DNA from: Prorocentrum cordatum
Taxonomy: Eukaryota
NCBI GenBank assembly: GCA_963575745.1
Contig: CAUYUJ010000115.1
Location: 372,001 to 436,000 of the forward strand
Direction of reading: 5' to 3'
DNA length: 64,000 bases
The position numbers and the translations under genes are program-made. This document shows positions 61,158-64,000 of the stretch, in pieces; the stretch's first letter is position 1; the number at the start of each line of letters is the position of its first letter. A model generated the notes under the pieces. It was not told the origin of the DNA. It ran no database searches and saw only the letters and a program-made list of their open reading frames with translations.

Positions 61158-62109
61158 CTCCGTCGCGCCAGCCCTCTCTGCGTTGGTCGGCGGCGAGCGA
61201 GGGGGGGAAGTGAGCAGGAGAAGCCTTCCGTCACTTTGGGGAGGCTCGGAAAACTTCTCGGAAGGCTGGAGGACTTCCGAGCCTGACGAGAAGGCCCGGC
61301 CCCTCTCACTCCCCCCCCAGGCTGGCCGCCACGATAGACCGACAGTGGCTGCATGGCCGTTGCGTCTGAACGCACGCGCCTGCAAAACACACACACACAC
61401 ACACACCGCATGCGTAATCGCAAATGGTTTGTGCAAGCAGTGCGTGCGCCACTGTATCAAGAGGGGCAAGGAGAAGCGGAAAAGTGCAGACGCCAGAGAA
61501 GCGCATAACGGCAAGGTTTCCCCACACTCCCACCACGATACCTCCTCCTCCCCTCGACCTCCTCCTCCTCCTCCTCCTCCTCCTCCTCCTCCTGCTCCTC
61601 CTCCTCCTCCTCCTCCTCCTCCTCCTCCTCCTCCTCCTCCTCTATGCTACAGCAGGCACATACAATACGAGACCCGGTGAACCGACATCTAAGAAAAATG
61701 CTTCGTCAATTCTGCGGCCTGCAAGGTGCCCCAATGTTCTGAGGACCCATCCGGAGACACAACATCATCGTGGGACACCAGCTGGCAAGCAAGTTTTGTG
61801 TTTGGCCTGCCTACTGTATGATCGGATGATCGCGGCGTCTAGGTGGAATGGCAATGAAAAACGAGAGTACGGACTTAGGGGATGAAGTCTTAGTGCAGCT
61901 GCCAGCCCGTGCGGCAAGCAAAGGGGCTAAGATAGCACGAACAGAACAAGCATCCTCCGCAAGGGCTGACAACAACCGTTGGAACGAGAAGTACGGCAGC
62001 AGCCGTCCTCCTCCTCCTCCTCCGCCTCCTCCTCATTCCTCTCCCTCTTCCTCTCCACCTCCGCCTCCTCCGGGTGTCGGACGGCTCCAGCAGGCGGTCC
62101 GTGGCCTTT

Positions 62110-62750
62110 GGGATCGAGGCATCGGGGATCGACCGAGGACTGATCGAGACTCAAAGGTCGATCGAGGAGCGGGCATCGATCGAGGATCGAGGGCCCGGGA
62201 TCGACCGAGGATCGGTGGAGGGACGAGCATCGCTCGAACACCGATCGAGGATCGAGCATCGATCGAGGGTCGGGGACCGGGCACCGATCGAGGATCGATA
62301 GAGAGGGCCGATGGTCGGTCGCGGATCGAAGATCGAGGGCCGAAGATCGATTCGAGGATCGGGTCTCGATCGAGCATCGAGGATCGATCGAGGACCGAGC
62401 ACTGCTGGAGGATCGATGGTCCATCGAAGGCAGATCGAGGAGCGAGAATCGGGGATCGATCGAGGATCGAGGATTGACTGAGGATCGATCGAAGATCGAT
62501 CGAGGATCGTGGATCGATCGAGGAGACGGGAGGATCGGTCGAGCATCGAGGATTGCACTGGCATCGATCGAGGATCGAAGATCGATAGAGAACCGAGGAT
62601 CGGTGCATGATCGAGGCTTGATCGAGGAGCGAACGTAGATCGAGCATCGTGGATCGATCGAGAATCAGGGATCCATGGATGACCGATCGAGGATACATGA
62701 TCGAACGGGGCTCGATCTTGGATCGGACGAAGATCGAGGATCGGGGATCA
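62110..62750. repeat. GATCGA-rich degenerate repeat
   Basis: Dense GATC/TCGA/CGATCG units. Confidence 0.9.
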
Positions 62751-63363
62751 ATGGCTTCGGTATCTTTTGTATCCTTTTTTTCTAGCCTCTGCAGAGACGT
62801 CCCGACCCCCAGACGCTGTTATTTCTTCACAAGAATGACCTATGAATGTCTCAGGATCGGCGGTTTCTTGACGGCCCCCTACCCCCCGAGCGCAGCAAAG
62901 GCCTCCCAAATGCGTGATTCGTTGACGACGCGACCAGGTCTGGGGACGGAAAGTTCGTGTCGTGACGACGTCGTCACAAATTTCTGACACCGCGTGGGTC
63001 GTTCAGCCTTGAACGATCGCGGCTTTCCGATAGCGCAGATCGCTGGATATCGGCCGATGCCGGCGGCGGGCGGCGCTCAGCCTTGACCGCCGCCGCTGGG
63101 GTCGCCGCCGCGTCAGCGAGCCGCGAAGGCTGTTAACAGGATAAGAGGGTCACCCGTGAATGCTACGCCTAGCGTGTCAGTGGGTTGCAAATGCGGTGAG
63201 TGGCTCAGGCGTGGGGGTCGGGCCAAGTGGGCATCGTCCTTGGTGGATTGATCTGACCCCCCAAGGCCCCTCGGGGCATCTGCGCCCTCCTTTCCGAAGG
63301 TACCCTAGGTCAGATATTCCCACCGTAGCATCCACTTGTGTAGAAGAAGAACAGAAAACACAA

Positions 63364-63519
63364 ACATGAACTTGTGGTGCTCCGCGCGGATTTCTTGGAC
63401 CTGCGCTGGACCCCCCCCCCTCCCTGGCGCGCGAAGCGCGCCAGCGGCGGCGCCGGAGGTGCCGCCAGGGGGCCTAGCGCGGATCCAAGAAATCCGCGCG
63501 GAGCGTCACAAGTTCATGT
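63364..63519. mobile_element. Long-TIR hairpin MITE
   Basis: 46-bp inverted arms ACATGAACTTGTGRYGCTCCGCGCGGATTTCTTGGAYCYGCGCTRG; diverged relatives at ~11620-11760 and ~12160-12215. Confidence 0.75.
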
Positions 63520-64000
63520 GTATAAAATTGCTTCTTTTTCGACCGTCGCATCCTCTTGTTACCCCTAGCCTCAGCTCGGGCGTGTCCCCCTACAGGGGGA
63601 TTCTTGGCGAAACATAAAAAAAATCGCCGGCCCAACGGGCCAGAGGCGTGCTAAGATCTCCGGTAACTTGTTAACAATATTTCTAGTTCGCGCGCGCGGA
63701 GCGGCCCCTGGGGGCCCCCGGACGAAAAGTACCCCGGCAAGGTCCCGAGAGAAGCCCGGGAGAAGCCACCAGACCACTCCAGGGGAGGGTATTTTTCGAC
63801 ACCCCTCACGAGGATCGTGGCCTCCGAGGGGGGAGCCGCAATCGACTACCCCCAAGAGCCCCCCAAGAGGCCCTGGGGGCCTCCAAAACGCCGCCAAGGA
63901 GCCCCAAGAGACTCCCAAGAGGTCCCCAAGAGGCCCCCAAGAGGCCCTAAAGAGGGCTCCAGGGCCGGCGGCATGAGCGAAGCGATTAATAATGTGCTCC

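Overview
GC-rich, microsatellite- and MITE-dense eukaryotic DNA that looks like a core dinoflagellate nuclear genome. This is inferred from GA/GC splice donors, relics of the dinoflagellate spliced leader (dinoSL, DCCGTAGCCATTTTGGCTCAAG) and an ACEK..QWQ.AL.LL.EM PPR array; a Prorocentrum-like source is a guess. Most ORF-track entries are artefacts of high GC and triplet repeats. Supported content: (1) An 8-exon minus-strand PPR gene (24355->8835, about 640 aa, N-terminal hydrophobic anchor). None of its seven introns is GT-AG: four are GA-AG, two GC-AG and one apparently GT-CG, and all have short direct repeats at the junctions. (2) A full-length, intact ~6.96-kb LINE (26228-33182, minus strand). 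ORF1 has a zinc finger and coiled coil; ORF2 has APE, RT, zinc finger, RNase H and a second zinc finger. It has a perfect 15-bp TSD and a (CCATA)3 tail, sits in a (TCC)n tract, and its first 17 nt are a dinoSL relic. (3) Two more SL-headed inserts lie head-to-head across a (CA)n tract inside PPR intron 1, next to a decayed 37-codon PPR array. (4) A 2.55-kb foldback palindrome, several MITE families, mini- and microsatellites, and a few orphan exons. The most interesting candidate system is an SL-headed, microsatellite-associated LINE that could use the target's pyrimidine tract as a trans-splice signal and could also mobilise SL-capped mRNAs. This is a hypothesis, not a demonstrated mechanism.
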